From the NCBI RefSeq assembly GCF_031769215.1, contig NW_026782081.1:2294001-2358000 (forward strand): a stretch of DNA of 64,000 nucleotides, given 5' to 3'. The stretch comes from Ylistrum balloti. Its lineage: Eukaryota. Of the stretch, positions 47,367-59,939 are shown piece by piece. The first letter of the stretch is position 1; every line of letters starts with the position of its first letter. The translations under genes and the position numbers were made by a program. The notes under the pieces are model-generated. The model saw only the letters and a list, made by a program, of their open reading frames with translations. It ran no database searches and was not told where the DNA came from.

Positions 47367-49499
47367 CAAATTTACCAATGCCTATTGATGTATTGTGTTC
47401 AGAACAGTTTCAGAGTAACAAAGCTTGGAGAGTTACTCCCACTAAAACAACGGATTTTCTATTAAAACCTATGTAAATGCATACAACAGAGAAACGACCA
47501 ACACGGTCCATAGAGGATCAATTAGGCCGTCCGATATATTGATTGACATTCAAAGTAAATGTCTTTTCTATATTCTATCCGCTATATCTATTTTCTTATC
47601 TTATTTCACATTTCAAATGTAAAAATAGAACGATATTCGTTTAACCACAACTGTTATGAAACACAACTACAGAGCTCGGCAAAATAGACAGCATTAGTGT
47701 GTTCATTGTCTATTTGTGTTGTGTTGAAATCAATATGCAGATAATGTTTTATTAAAATAGTTCTGCCGACTCGAATAAAAAAAAAAACACTGTCGAAATG
47801 AATTTCAAAACCCTATTCCTTTGACGATGGAATGCCATACATTCTATTTTGAATGCAATGTCAAATCTTTTGATAACCTATTGTCGTGTTGACACCCGAG
47901 GGAGTAATTAAATGACGCAATATCACTATTTAACATGACGGCTTTTACCACTATTGAAAGTGATCAGAATGATAAATGAAGGGGGTGGAAACAACACACA
48001 CAATGAACTTTATTCGATAAATTTTTTATAATCATTTTATAATCCAGAAGTCTTCCATACAGTATATGTAACGCTAGGTTTATTAAATAGGATTTGCTAG
48101 TATGTGTCAAACAAGGCAGCGCTAGCAGCTAGCTCAAGCTTGAATGTCGTGTTATTTATTTTTTTATGTTTCCATGTTTCCTGTAGTCATTGCCTTTGGG
48201 TTCTGATTTTGTCCAGTGGATCCACACTATAATTATCGATTGTTTACATGTCTTATTATTATACAAGTTCTCAAATGGACAGTAGCTACATGATCTACAA
48301 GAACTGAGATGCACGTGCACATGTGTCCTGGGTTCTATTATCTATAAATGTTGTGTCACTACAGTATCAAATTTCATTAACGACTTTTAAGTCGTTTTCT
48401 TGAGAGTCGAAATTCTGTTAATTTTCCATATTGGAAACTTGGAGTTATGTTAACTATAAATGGAAGGAGAACACATACATATATAATTCTAGGTACTATT
48501 TCTTATACAATCAACTGATTGACAACAGAATAATTCCCCAGAAACTAATTTCTACTCTGACAGGTTGTAACGGTCGACATAAGACTTTTAAATGCTGTGT
48601 TTAGCATGAAGAATGACTGACCTGTCTCTTAAAATCATACATGGTTTGGAAAATCACACCTTCCGGAATCTGTCTTGAGAGAAATTTTACATTTAGTGTG
48701 GCAAACACATTCTTGTTAATCGTCCTCTTACACCACATGTTTTTTTTCAATGATTTCATTTTATTATGTGAAATATTGATTTTAATGTAAGTTGTTTATA
48801 AATATCTTACCTCGCAACCTTTGATAAAAGTAGAAATTATGGCATTGTTAAAAGGTAGTTCAAACGTTGTTTGTGTGGGATGATATCGTGATCTCAGCAT
48901 TAAACATCAAACCTTTTTTTTTTTGTTTTTGTTTTCAATATCACAGAGTCTGTGAATTTTAATACCTTGTTGATAGCGTACTGTTTTTATTATATCGTCC
49001 TTCTGTTTTAGCCTCGTACATGATTTATAACGCGTGATTTGATGGATATCAAGGAAATTATAGAAAATTTATAGCTGATTTCTGCACTTTTGTTTCATTA
49101 TTGTTTTGTTTTATTGCTTGATAACTGGTATTTTGATATATGTCATTTATCAGTTTATCGATCTATCCTTGTGACTTACATGACATGCGATCTCGTTTTC
49201 CAGAATCATTTAATGGTTTACACTGCCAATACATTTTATGAGCACTGCTATGAATATTTAATATTTGCTATTTATTAGGAACTTGTCATGCATATCACGA
49301 ATGAAACGTTTGCGATAGAATTTTTTCTATGAAATGAAAAAAATAATGATTTATGGAATCAGTAGTAGTGTATCAATATATGATTTCGGAGTTTACTGTC
49401 CTTATCATGGTATGTAATGGCGGTCGATACTGAAAAAAAGTGTTGGTAGTTCAAACTCGTATAATAGTGTAACATAAATGTGAAGGGATTTGTCACAAT

Positions 49500-49880
49500 C
49501 ATATGCACATGTGCGATGTCTGTGTATAAGGACAGGCACGTGCATACTTATAACAGTTCCTACCTGGTTGTGATTTATCGCATTAATGAACATGTGCGAT
49601 GTCTGTCTATAAGGACAAGCGGGTGAAAACATATAACAGCTCCTATCTTGATTGTAATTGGTCATAATCATGCGCATGTGCGATGTCTGTCTATAAGAAC
49701 AGGTAGGTGTCTATACACAACAGTTCCTATCTTGGTTGTGATTTGTCGTAATTATGGACACGTGCGATGTCTGTGTATAAGGACAGGCAAGTGTATACTT
49801 ATAACAAGCCCGACCTCGATTGTGATTTGTCGCAAAAATGAACACGTGCGTTGTCTGTGTATAAGAACATTGCTTGTCTT
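49500..49880. repeat. Diverged tandem repeat, 83-84-bp unit, ~4.5 copies
   Basis: GTGCG(A/T)TGTCTGT at 49511, 49594, 49678, 49762 and 49846. Confidence 0.9.
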
Positions 49881-49967
49881 GATAACAATTTTGCAGATTT
49901 CGTATTTTTTGGTTGTATAATATCCCGTATGAAGCAAACACGATATTTTTCATAAAAAAAAAAAACA

Positions 49968-49999
<32 letters not shown>

Positions 50000-50907
50000 C
50001 AAAAAAGAAGGGAAAATGTAACTCGTATGACATTGCCGTGTCCATCACATCTGTACATTGCTTAAAATAGCTTTTGTCTGTCTTATTATACACGTAACCG
50101 AATATGTCAGTTTTCTTTTATAAAATATTACTCACTTAAGAAGGGAAATAATAAACTTTCTATTTAGAATTTTAGATTAAAGGAGCATGCTGAATGATGT
50201 TAATTGATTGCAAATGTATCATCACTTGTATGATTATAATATCACTTTCATTAAATGACGTCAATTACAAATAACGATATTTCTTTATGAAAATGGATCA
50301 GCGTTTTTGAATAATCAACAATATTGTATCTAGGTATTAACGTTTTGATTAATTACTGACGGTTAGTTTCTAATAAGACAATACTGTCATAAAAGACACG
50401 TGCTGATTATTGCAGTAATTTGCTTCAAGCATTGAGAGTCAAGTCATCTGTGGTGAAATGGTTGTTATCAGCGTTTCAATGTAGAAATTTCGAAGTTTGG
50501 CTACAGTCTATCCGTATTCGCTATAACACTAAACGGACGTTTGGAAAGCATCCGAATCTTCTTTGTTTTTTACTACAAGTTGATCTTGATTTTATGTGTG
50601 ATCCCACTTGCCGTGCTTAGTGAAATTGTCCACACTAACTCGGGAAATAAGCAAATTTTAGGAACGACTTTTAAGGTATTTAAAAAATACGGAATGGGAA
50701 ATCAAGTATGTTAATACAATACTGCAAGAATTAAAATGCAGGAAATAAATATAATATACATCTATTGATTTTTTTTAAACGGTGATATTTAAACAGAAAA
50801 GAGAAAACGAGAGCTTCCTCTTATCGTTATCCAGTTTTGGTATTTCACAATTAGGGTCAGTATCGCCTGAAGATAAGGACAACCGTTGCACACACCTTCT
50901 GGACAAC

Positions 50908-51054
50908 ATGACAACACGGCACATGTCACTATTATTTATAACAGTGTGTTGTACACAACTTAGATATGTCGAAAGCGTTAGACCTATACTCTACATGCAT
51001 GGAATCACAGCCACAGCCGGGGAAGTTGATCCACTGAGAGGGTTCGTCGAGGAG
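50908..51054 (+). CDS. PPT2: PPT2 first exon 1a (signal peptide + beta1/oxyanion loop)
   Basis: [52 protein letters not shown]|GTATAT, phase 0. Confidence 0.8.
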
Positions 51055-54000
51055 GTATATTAATTTGAGGGACACGAGACAGAGTTATGCAAATCTGAGG
51101 ATGTTCAGGGAGAAATTATGTCATTATCTCTTGTTTCGTGTAGAAGATGTCGTATCTTAATGTATGGAATTTTACGGATAGTACAAATGAATCTTAAAGG
51201 ATTCGTTTAAAACAACTATCACTGAAGATTTCATACTCTGAAAACGGGTTATTTGTCTTGTGGATTCATGAAATAAACTTAAGATAAAGCGATCTACGCG
51301 CATGTGAAATCAGCTTTGCGGTATGTTGATAATATTTTCGAAGTTGAAACATTGTTAACCTCTGCTTATATCTGAAAACTTTTCCGATTTACTAGGAAAC
51401 AAGCTGAACAGATCACATGACTGATCACGTGACAAGGTCATATGGTACTTCCATGAATTACGTTGTAATGTGAAAAGACACGCGTGTTTTAGATACAGTT
51501 GTCACTCTCTAACTGCTAATTGGAAGTGACAATGTCTATGAGGGGCGAGTTTACAATGATGACGTCACAGCGAGCGCTGAAGAGCAGTTAGTTTGGTTCG
51601 GGGGGTACTTTTTCTATCCACCTCATTTACCTCATACATGTAGACGTGAACATTGAAATCAAACGCCGTCTTTGCAGTTTTCAGATGAATTCGTCACGAG
51701 TACGACAGTTCTCTTTGCATTTATAAACATTGGCATTCAATGTATGTTCATGTACGTGAAGTTCTTGTCAACCATGTTGTTTCTTTTCTATCCGAATCTT
51801 CAAGTGTCAAATTTGAGTAATAAAGAGGAGGTGTTAGTTTTGTAACATACTCATAGAAAATATAGTGTTTAGGACATGTTCTAATCCTTATAGTCGCTTA
51901 AAGAGGTACAAATATGCAAAGGGTGAAAATTCATATTCCGAATGGATATTGATAACAGAAAAATATGGGTCTGTGCAACAATTTCCCAGCGGACCAATGT
52001 CATTACAGAATTTGAAATTATCAATGTACTGGTTTTTCCTGGAAAATTTATTTATTTTCAAGCAACAAATGGTAAATTGAGGAAAGGGAAAGGAAGCTTG
52101 AGATACTTGCTGGGTGTATGCATTCCGTAGAAAATGGACAATTTCCCTTCATTAGGGATAATCTGTGATAACGCTTTATTGAAAAGTAATGCATGTTTAT
52201 GTAATTTACCGCAAGCGAACAGAGAAGTCCGTCTGTAGCCAATGATAGAAAATTCTACAGACTTAGTGAAAGTTTTCATTGAGTTTCCAACACTATAAAA
52301 ATTGGTAAAGACATAGAAATAAGAGATCAAATTGTTAGTAAAATTCCGATAGATATGCATGTGAATGTCTATCTCCTAAAAACGGCAGTATGATCTGATA
52401 TCGATGTTTCCTGTATATTGTGTTATCAGCAGTATGATCTGATATCGATGTTTCCTATATATTGTGTTATCAGCAGTATGATCTGATATCGATGTTTCCT
52501 ATATATTGTGTTATCACCAGTATGATCTGATATCGATGTTTCCTATATATTGTGTTATCACCAGTATGATCTGATATCGATGTTTCCTATATATTGTGTT
52601 ATCACCAGTATGATCTGATATCGATGTTTCCTATATATTGTGTTATCAGCAGTATGATCTGATATCGATGTTTCCTATATATTGTGTTATCAGCAGTATG
52701 ATCTGATATCGATGTTTCCTATATATTGTGTTATCACCAGTATGATCTGATATCGATGTTTCCTATATATTGTGTTATCAGCAGTATGATCTGATATCGA
52801 TGTTTCCTATATATTGTGTTATCAGCAGTATGATCTGATATCGATGTTTCCTGTATATTGTGTTATCACCAGTATGATCTGATATCGATGTTTCCTATAT
52901 ATTGTGTTATCAGCAGTATGATCTGATATCGATGTTTCCTATATATTGTGTTATCAGCAGTATGATCTGATATCGATGTTTCCTATATATTGTGTTATCA
53001 CCAGTATGATCTGATATCGATGTTTCCTATATATTGTGTTATCACCAGTATGATCTGATATCGATGTTTCCTATATATTGTGTTATCAGCAGTATGATCT
53101 GATATCTATATATTGTGATGTTTCCTATATATTGTGTTATCAGCAGTATGATCTGATATCGATGTTTCCTATATATTGTGTTATCAGCAGTATGTGATGA
53201 TGTTTCCTATATATTGTGTTATCAGCAGTATGATCGATGTTTCCTATATATTGTGTTATCAGCAGTATGATCTGATATCGATGTTTCCTATATATTGTGT
53301 TACCAGTATGATCTGATATCGATGTTTCCTATATATTGTGTTATCAGCAGTATGATCTGATATCGATGTTTCCTATATATTGTGTTATCAGCAGTATGAT
53401 CTGATATCGATGTTTCCTATATATTGTGTTATCAGCAGTATGATCTGATATCGATGTTTCCTGTATATTGATTGTTTGATATGTTTCATAACTAAAGGGG
53501 ATTACGATGGTAAACATTTACAGGAAAAAACGTAATTCAAACTGAATCACTCGGAAATTAATGCAAAATATGAACAGACAAAATACCGAATCCCCTAAAA
53601 GCAAAATAGTGAGAACATCATTTGGTCCTTGAGTGCTGCAAGCAACGCCACATTACTAAGATAAAACCCTTTGAGTAACAATGGGAAGGGACGCAACCGA
53701 GTGTTATTCATATCCTAGGCATGGATGTAGAAACAACAGTGGCAGATAAGTAGTGATGTTAGGGGTGGTGCTACAGAAAGTAAAGTTCACAATAAAAATA
53801 AAAAACAAAAATGAAATCGGCTATACCGACTGGAGAAAGGCCGTTTCTGTCAAGTAGATACTGGTGAATGATAAGAAGTTGTCTCGATTTCATGCTGAAG
53901 GAGATGGAACTTTTATTAGACAAAGGCAACCTATCGTTAGAAGAGCTGAAAATTAATTTTACTTGTTAAAGAATTTATGACCTGTTCTGACAAATTCTGG

Positions 54001-57000
54001 TAAAATCGACGTCATATTGAAAGAAAGACAACCACACCATTATAACGATTGTTCCCCTTTGTATACTAATGACTTTGTTGGACATTACTACTTATAAATC
54101 TCTGAAAAGAAACTTTAACAAGATTTCTTCATTTCTTCAATTCTATTATTACATGTCATTTAATCTGTCGTTGCCGTGATATTAAGTTTTTAAAATCTTG
54201 CTTTTCAAACTATATCTTTATCAACTTTACACTACTCTAATTACAAACGAAATTCCTAACTTATACAGTGTTTAAAAAATTAAATCAGAATATCAGGGAA
54301 AAATTGTATCGATGTTATGATTTTCTAAATCACGTGTTCCTGATATACGTTTATCTGTAATTCATGATGACCGGGCAATTTATAAAATACAGCTAACAAG
54401 GTTAAACGAAAGGACGACTAACTATGTTTTAATCTACCAGTTAAAATATCAAATACGAATGAATATGTGTTAATTGGTTGTTTAAGTTAATGAATGCAAC
54501 AATTTATCAACAGTATAAAAATTATAATCGTCAAGATTCCCACACGGTGTATACGGTCAGAATTACATGTGGGATGGTCTTGAATGACAAAATGACCTAT
54601 ATATCAAAAATGGTATTGGTAGCAGAACCTTCTTGTCACTATCTGGTTTTGGTATTGGGGTCAGAAACATTGTACGATAAGGTGACCGTTATACACAGCA
54701 GATTTTCAATATGGAGACACAGTTTTTATTATTTGTGTCAATATTTTGTACGTTAATTATTCATGCTGAAGGTATCAAGCCAATTGTGTTTATGCACGGG
54801 ATCGTAGCTGCTGCTGATGAAGCTGACCCACTGAGAGGATTCGTGGAGGAGGTACATTGTATCTGGTTTGGTATACAATATACTTCTAGTTATTATCATG
54901 ATACAAGGAAATGAAGCTGTAATGAGATTCTTGATTATGTTTCTTGCCAGATAGTGACATTATCTGATTAATATGAATCTCAAGGCCTAAGTTCTATATT
55001 ACTTCAGTACAATTCACGTGAGGAAACTCATTTGATTAGCTAACCTAATATTATTCATATATCAATTGATATAAAAAAAACAATTGATATAAAAAAAACC
55101 TAGTTCTTTGTTCGTTTAACAAGGCTGCTATGAATGAAACTTATCGTATATTTATCATTCATCGGTTTTTAAAAGGAAATAAAACCTTAAAGTCGCTCAG
55201 TTAAATAATGATCCAAAACCTCACTACATAAACAGACAATGGAAAATGATAACCAGTAATATGTGGATGTTATGTTAGTTACAGATACATGGTGGAATGA
55301 GAGGGAAATTATAATGATTATGGCAGTTACCAGAATCCAAAGTCGTATCAAATATGCTTACCTTCCTCTGTTAGTATTGGGTTTTTATGGATGATTGATG
55401 TACCAAATCAGGCGATTAAGTTGTTTATTGGTTTTATCATCAATTGAATAGCAAAATTCATTCTGAAGCGGGTCCCCTTAAGGTAGCAAATGAATACCTC
55501 ACTAAACAGTATACGGAGTCTTGTCACAGACACAGTCACGTCAGTACACAGACCGGCCATTTTCTCAGCTTTCCGTGACATAAACCGTAAACTTCGTCTG
55601 AGGTTATATAAGTCAATGATTTGACCACATGAGCTACCGTGGCCGCTTATTATCATTCTAATTACTACAATTGGAAATAAATGTCACCGATATAACACTG
55701 AGCTATCTCATATCTATAAGCCAGATTGTATGGCACTGAGTGCCCATTTTTGTGTTCATAAATAGAAGTCTCTATAAAGAAAGATACAAGATACAACATG
55801 TGTTTCGGACTTACCTGGTGGATTTTTATCTTTAAAATTCACTGATCATATTCATACAACTTAAACAGGAACAGACATATGAAAACATCTGCAATACCGA
55901 GCTTATGTGTTTAGGGATACATGTATTACTATGTAATTAGCCAAAACTTAATGTGCCAGCCATGTTTCATTTGTTACTTTGTAATATGACCTCTTGTTTC
56001 ACGTTATACGCGTGACTGAGTAAAATGAATGAATCCGAATCTGTAATCAACGGTCACGGAACAATTATTAGAAATGACAACAAAGTATGTAGGGTATGTA
56101 GAATATTCTTTATACTAAATCAATAACAATATTTTATTGATGATTTCAATAATGGTCATATTAGCATATATATATATACATCCATGTATTTGTTTGTACT
56201 ACTACCTAACCGATCAACACTACCAACTTTGTTATTTTTCTCACTAATTTCACTTTGATTCATTGGTCCATTGCAAAATTGTTGTTTTCTCATTCGTCTC
56301 AGTTGAAGATAACAAATTCACTGCCGATGTTTTAAAGTTTAATGACGTCACGAATGTCCTCGGATATTTTTCATTATATTCCTAAAATAATTAAATTCGA
56401 AATATTTATCAATCATCGAGCTGCCTTTTCATCGTTATATTAATCAGGGTCTAAATCAGGTCTAGAACTTTCATGATTTTGATTTAAACTTATTGTATTG
56501 CACGTACATGNNNNNNNNNNNNNNNNNNNNNNNNNNNNNNNNNNNNNNNNNNNNNNNNNNNNNNNNNNNNNNNNNNNNNNNNNNNNNNNNNNNNNNNNNN
56601 NNNNNNNNNNNNNNNNNNNNNNNNNNNNNNNNNNNNNNNNNNNNNNNNNNNNNNNNNNNNNNNNNNNNNNNNNNNNNNNNNNNNNNNNNNNNNNNNNNNN
56701 NNNNNNNNNNNNNNNNNNNNNNNNNNNNNNNNNNNNNNNNNNNNNNNNNNNNNNNNNNNNNNNNNNNNNNNNNNNNNNNNNNNNNNNNNNNNNNNNNNNN
56801 NNNNNNNNNNNNNNNNNNNNNNNNNNNNNNNNNNNNNNNNNNNNNNNNNNNNNNNNNNNNNNNNNNNNNNNNNNNNNNNNNNNNNNNNNNNNNNNNNNNN
56901 NNNNNNNNNNNNNNNNNNNNNNNNNNNNNNNNNNNNNNNNNNNNNNNNNNNNNNNNNNNNNNNNNNNNNNNNNNNNNNNNNNNNNNNNNNNNNNNNNNNA

Positions 57001-59908
57001 TTGTGTATGTTAAGAATACTTTGTATATATGTAGAACATGCATCTGCTCCTTCTCCATGTAAGTAATACGGGTTATACACTGTCCTCATGCCTAAACTCC
57101 CAGCTTGTCAATTTCATGAGAAAAGTTGTCTGCTTGCAATATCTTAAGGAATCTTGAAGTGTGACATGTGCTTTTTTTTTTATGAAAGGCATTCCCAGGA
57201 ACGAACGTCACGTCTATCAATGCCTTTAACCATCTACAAAGCGTGGTGCCCATGTGGACACAGATTAACACCATAAAGGAAATGGTCAGGGACAGCCTTG
57301 TAAATAGCCCAGATGGAGTTAACCTCATTTGTTTCTCACAAGGTTTTTTTTTTCTTCTTTATATCTTGTCTAGTATATACACTTTTATGACATGTAAAGC
57401 TAAATCAAACGAAAATTATCTCAAGTAGATGCAAACGTAAACTACATAGTTGTTCTATGAACATTTAGAGAAATAAACGATGTCTTAAGTCTACATATCT
57501 CCATGTGTATGTGAATGTTTCACTAGCAAAGGTATAATTGAGATATTAAAATTAGATAATGCAAAATAATATTCAGAATACAAATTAATATTTTGTATAA
57601 AAAAACATGAAAGCTACTTATTGCTAAATATGATATATTTATCCTGTGCTACTTTCTAAGGCGGATTGATATGCCGCGGACTACTTTCTGTTCTTCCTCA
57701 CAACGTTAACAACTTCATCTCCGTTAGTTCACCACAAGCAGGACAATATGGAGGTATTTTACCAAAATATCATCAGTTATCTATGTAGTACTTATAAACT
57801 GTATATCCACATCTAAATGCCATCATGGTCATGTTTTAAGCTACTAGAACTGTTATCAAAACATTCATTGAAGTTCTGGCCTATCAATATTGAGATTAAA
57901 TGGGTAAAACAAGTTCTTGTTTTCTGAAATACAGTTATCAATACAATTTGGTTGTAAAAGCAACCAATACTGTATACAAGAAATCGAAAAGATTTCCATG
58001 CCAAAAATTATATCGTTGAATGACGAATTGAGTAAAATCTTACTGTGTGTACAGATGTAATAAGACGACGGCATCTAGTAATTACTATACGTAATTCTTC
58101 ACTGCATACATTGGAATGTGTGAAAGATGTAATGAAATGTTCATTGTATCTCATTATTCACTACTTGCAATGTAAATTCTAACATGTGGGCTACTTTTCC
58201 AGACACGATGTATCTGAAGTACTTTTTCCCAAACTACCTGAAACAGAACGTCTACAAGTTAGTACAATTTACTTATGTGAACCGAGTTTTTAAACATGTC
58301 GTGAACGTGTTTGTCGGAAACGACAGTTAGGTATTTGAATTAGATGGAAATTTTACATTTACTAACTTCTAGAAATACTAGTGAACGTTAACATGTTACT
58401 AATAATTTCCAATCATATGAAGTGTCCATTGTTGTTGACTACATTTAGCTATACATAAGGCAATCCTTGTGATCAGTTTTGAGTTATCATTGTAACAGAA
58501 ATGGTCTGTCTATAACAGAAGGTTCTTGATCACAATTTTTTAAAAAGGAAAGAAAGCAAAAAATCGTATTGGCGTTGATATGATGTTGTTTATTGATTTA
58601 AATAAAACAGATTTTTCTACACGCAAGCGGGACAGCAGTGGTCTATTGCCAATTACTGGCATGGTAATGTATTAGGATTTTGTTGAATACATAATCTTCA
58701 GTATTCTTATACGTTTGTGTTTCAACTGAGGGGTTCAAATAATCGTACATTTTATCTATTTTCCCTCGAGTAATGTATCATCAGAGTTTCAAATGTTGGT
58801 TTATTAAAAAGGAACTAAAATTCCCCGCCGACTTCCCCGAGAAGTAAACTGACAGGAGTGTACAATAAGTACATGTTAAATCATTATCAACAAGGAAGCT
58901 TATACATATATTTGCAGTTATCACTAAATTTGCTGATTTCGAATTCGTTTCTTCAATGAATTATTTAATCTGTTATTATCAATTAATCATGGCATGCTTT
59001 AGGTCTTAATGAACAGACCCATTATCACATTATCACATGTAGATCCACACCAGGAGACACTTTACAAGCAACATAACAAGTTCCTAGCAGCGTTGGACAA
59101 CGACACCGCCACGCCTAATGCAACAAGTACGTACAGATAGTGATACAAGGGAGCTAACTCGTGTGTATCTCGAAACAAAACTATTTTCTCTTAAGTTAGC
59201 TGGTTTATATGATGTAATGGTATCGCCTTACATAGTTTTGTATTACGTGTTGCGTGACGACATTTTTTATATTCTATGTCTAAAGTCTAACTACAGAATG
59301 AAGCCATTACTAGGACAATTAATATAGGTGAATTTGATCCCGTTCCACTGCGCATTGTTTATTTACAAGTCGCAATCATAATACTAATTAAATACGGTAA
59401 TTAAAACACTTGGGCTATGCTGTGGCAGTTTGAAATTGACTTACGGCGATTCCGGTAATAGTGATTTCGTATATATTATAAGTTACGTGTAGATTATACA
59501 TGTTTTCTCTCTTGAACAGTGTATAAAGACAATTTCCTACGGTTAAAGAAGCTGATAATGATTGGCGGTCCTGACGATGGTGTCATCACTCCATGGCAGT
59601 CAAGGTATTTACTACGAACTTATCTATAGATCTCATAAATACAATAATACCTTCTATACTAATCTTAACATCCATGTAGGGAGTAACATTATATCAATAA
59701 CATATTTGTTATATTTTAAATTAAATGGATAAACATGCTGGTCACACTGGCTCAATGAATCTGTAGTCCATGTCTTTTACAATGAAAACTGTTACTTAGA
59801 AATGAAATGAAAATCTACTTAATTAAGTATTTTCTCTTCAAAAACCAAACAAACTCATTCAATTAATTTGGAAACGTTTCGAAAATAATAATAACACACA
59901 CACACACA

Positions 59909-59939
<31 letters not shown>

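Noticed and set aside
56471-57089. Four ORFs of 171-199 aa
   Set aside because: Artefacts of the N gap.
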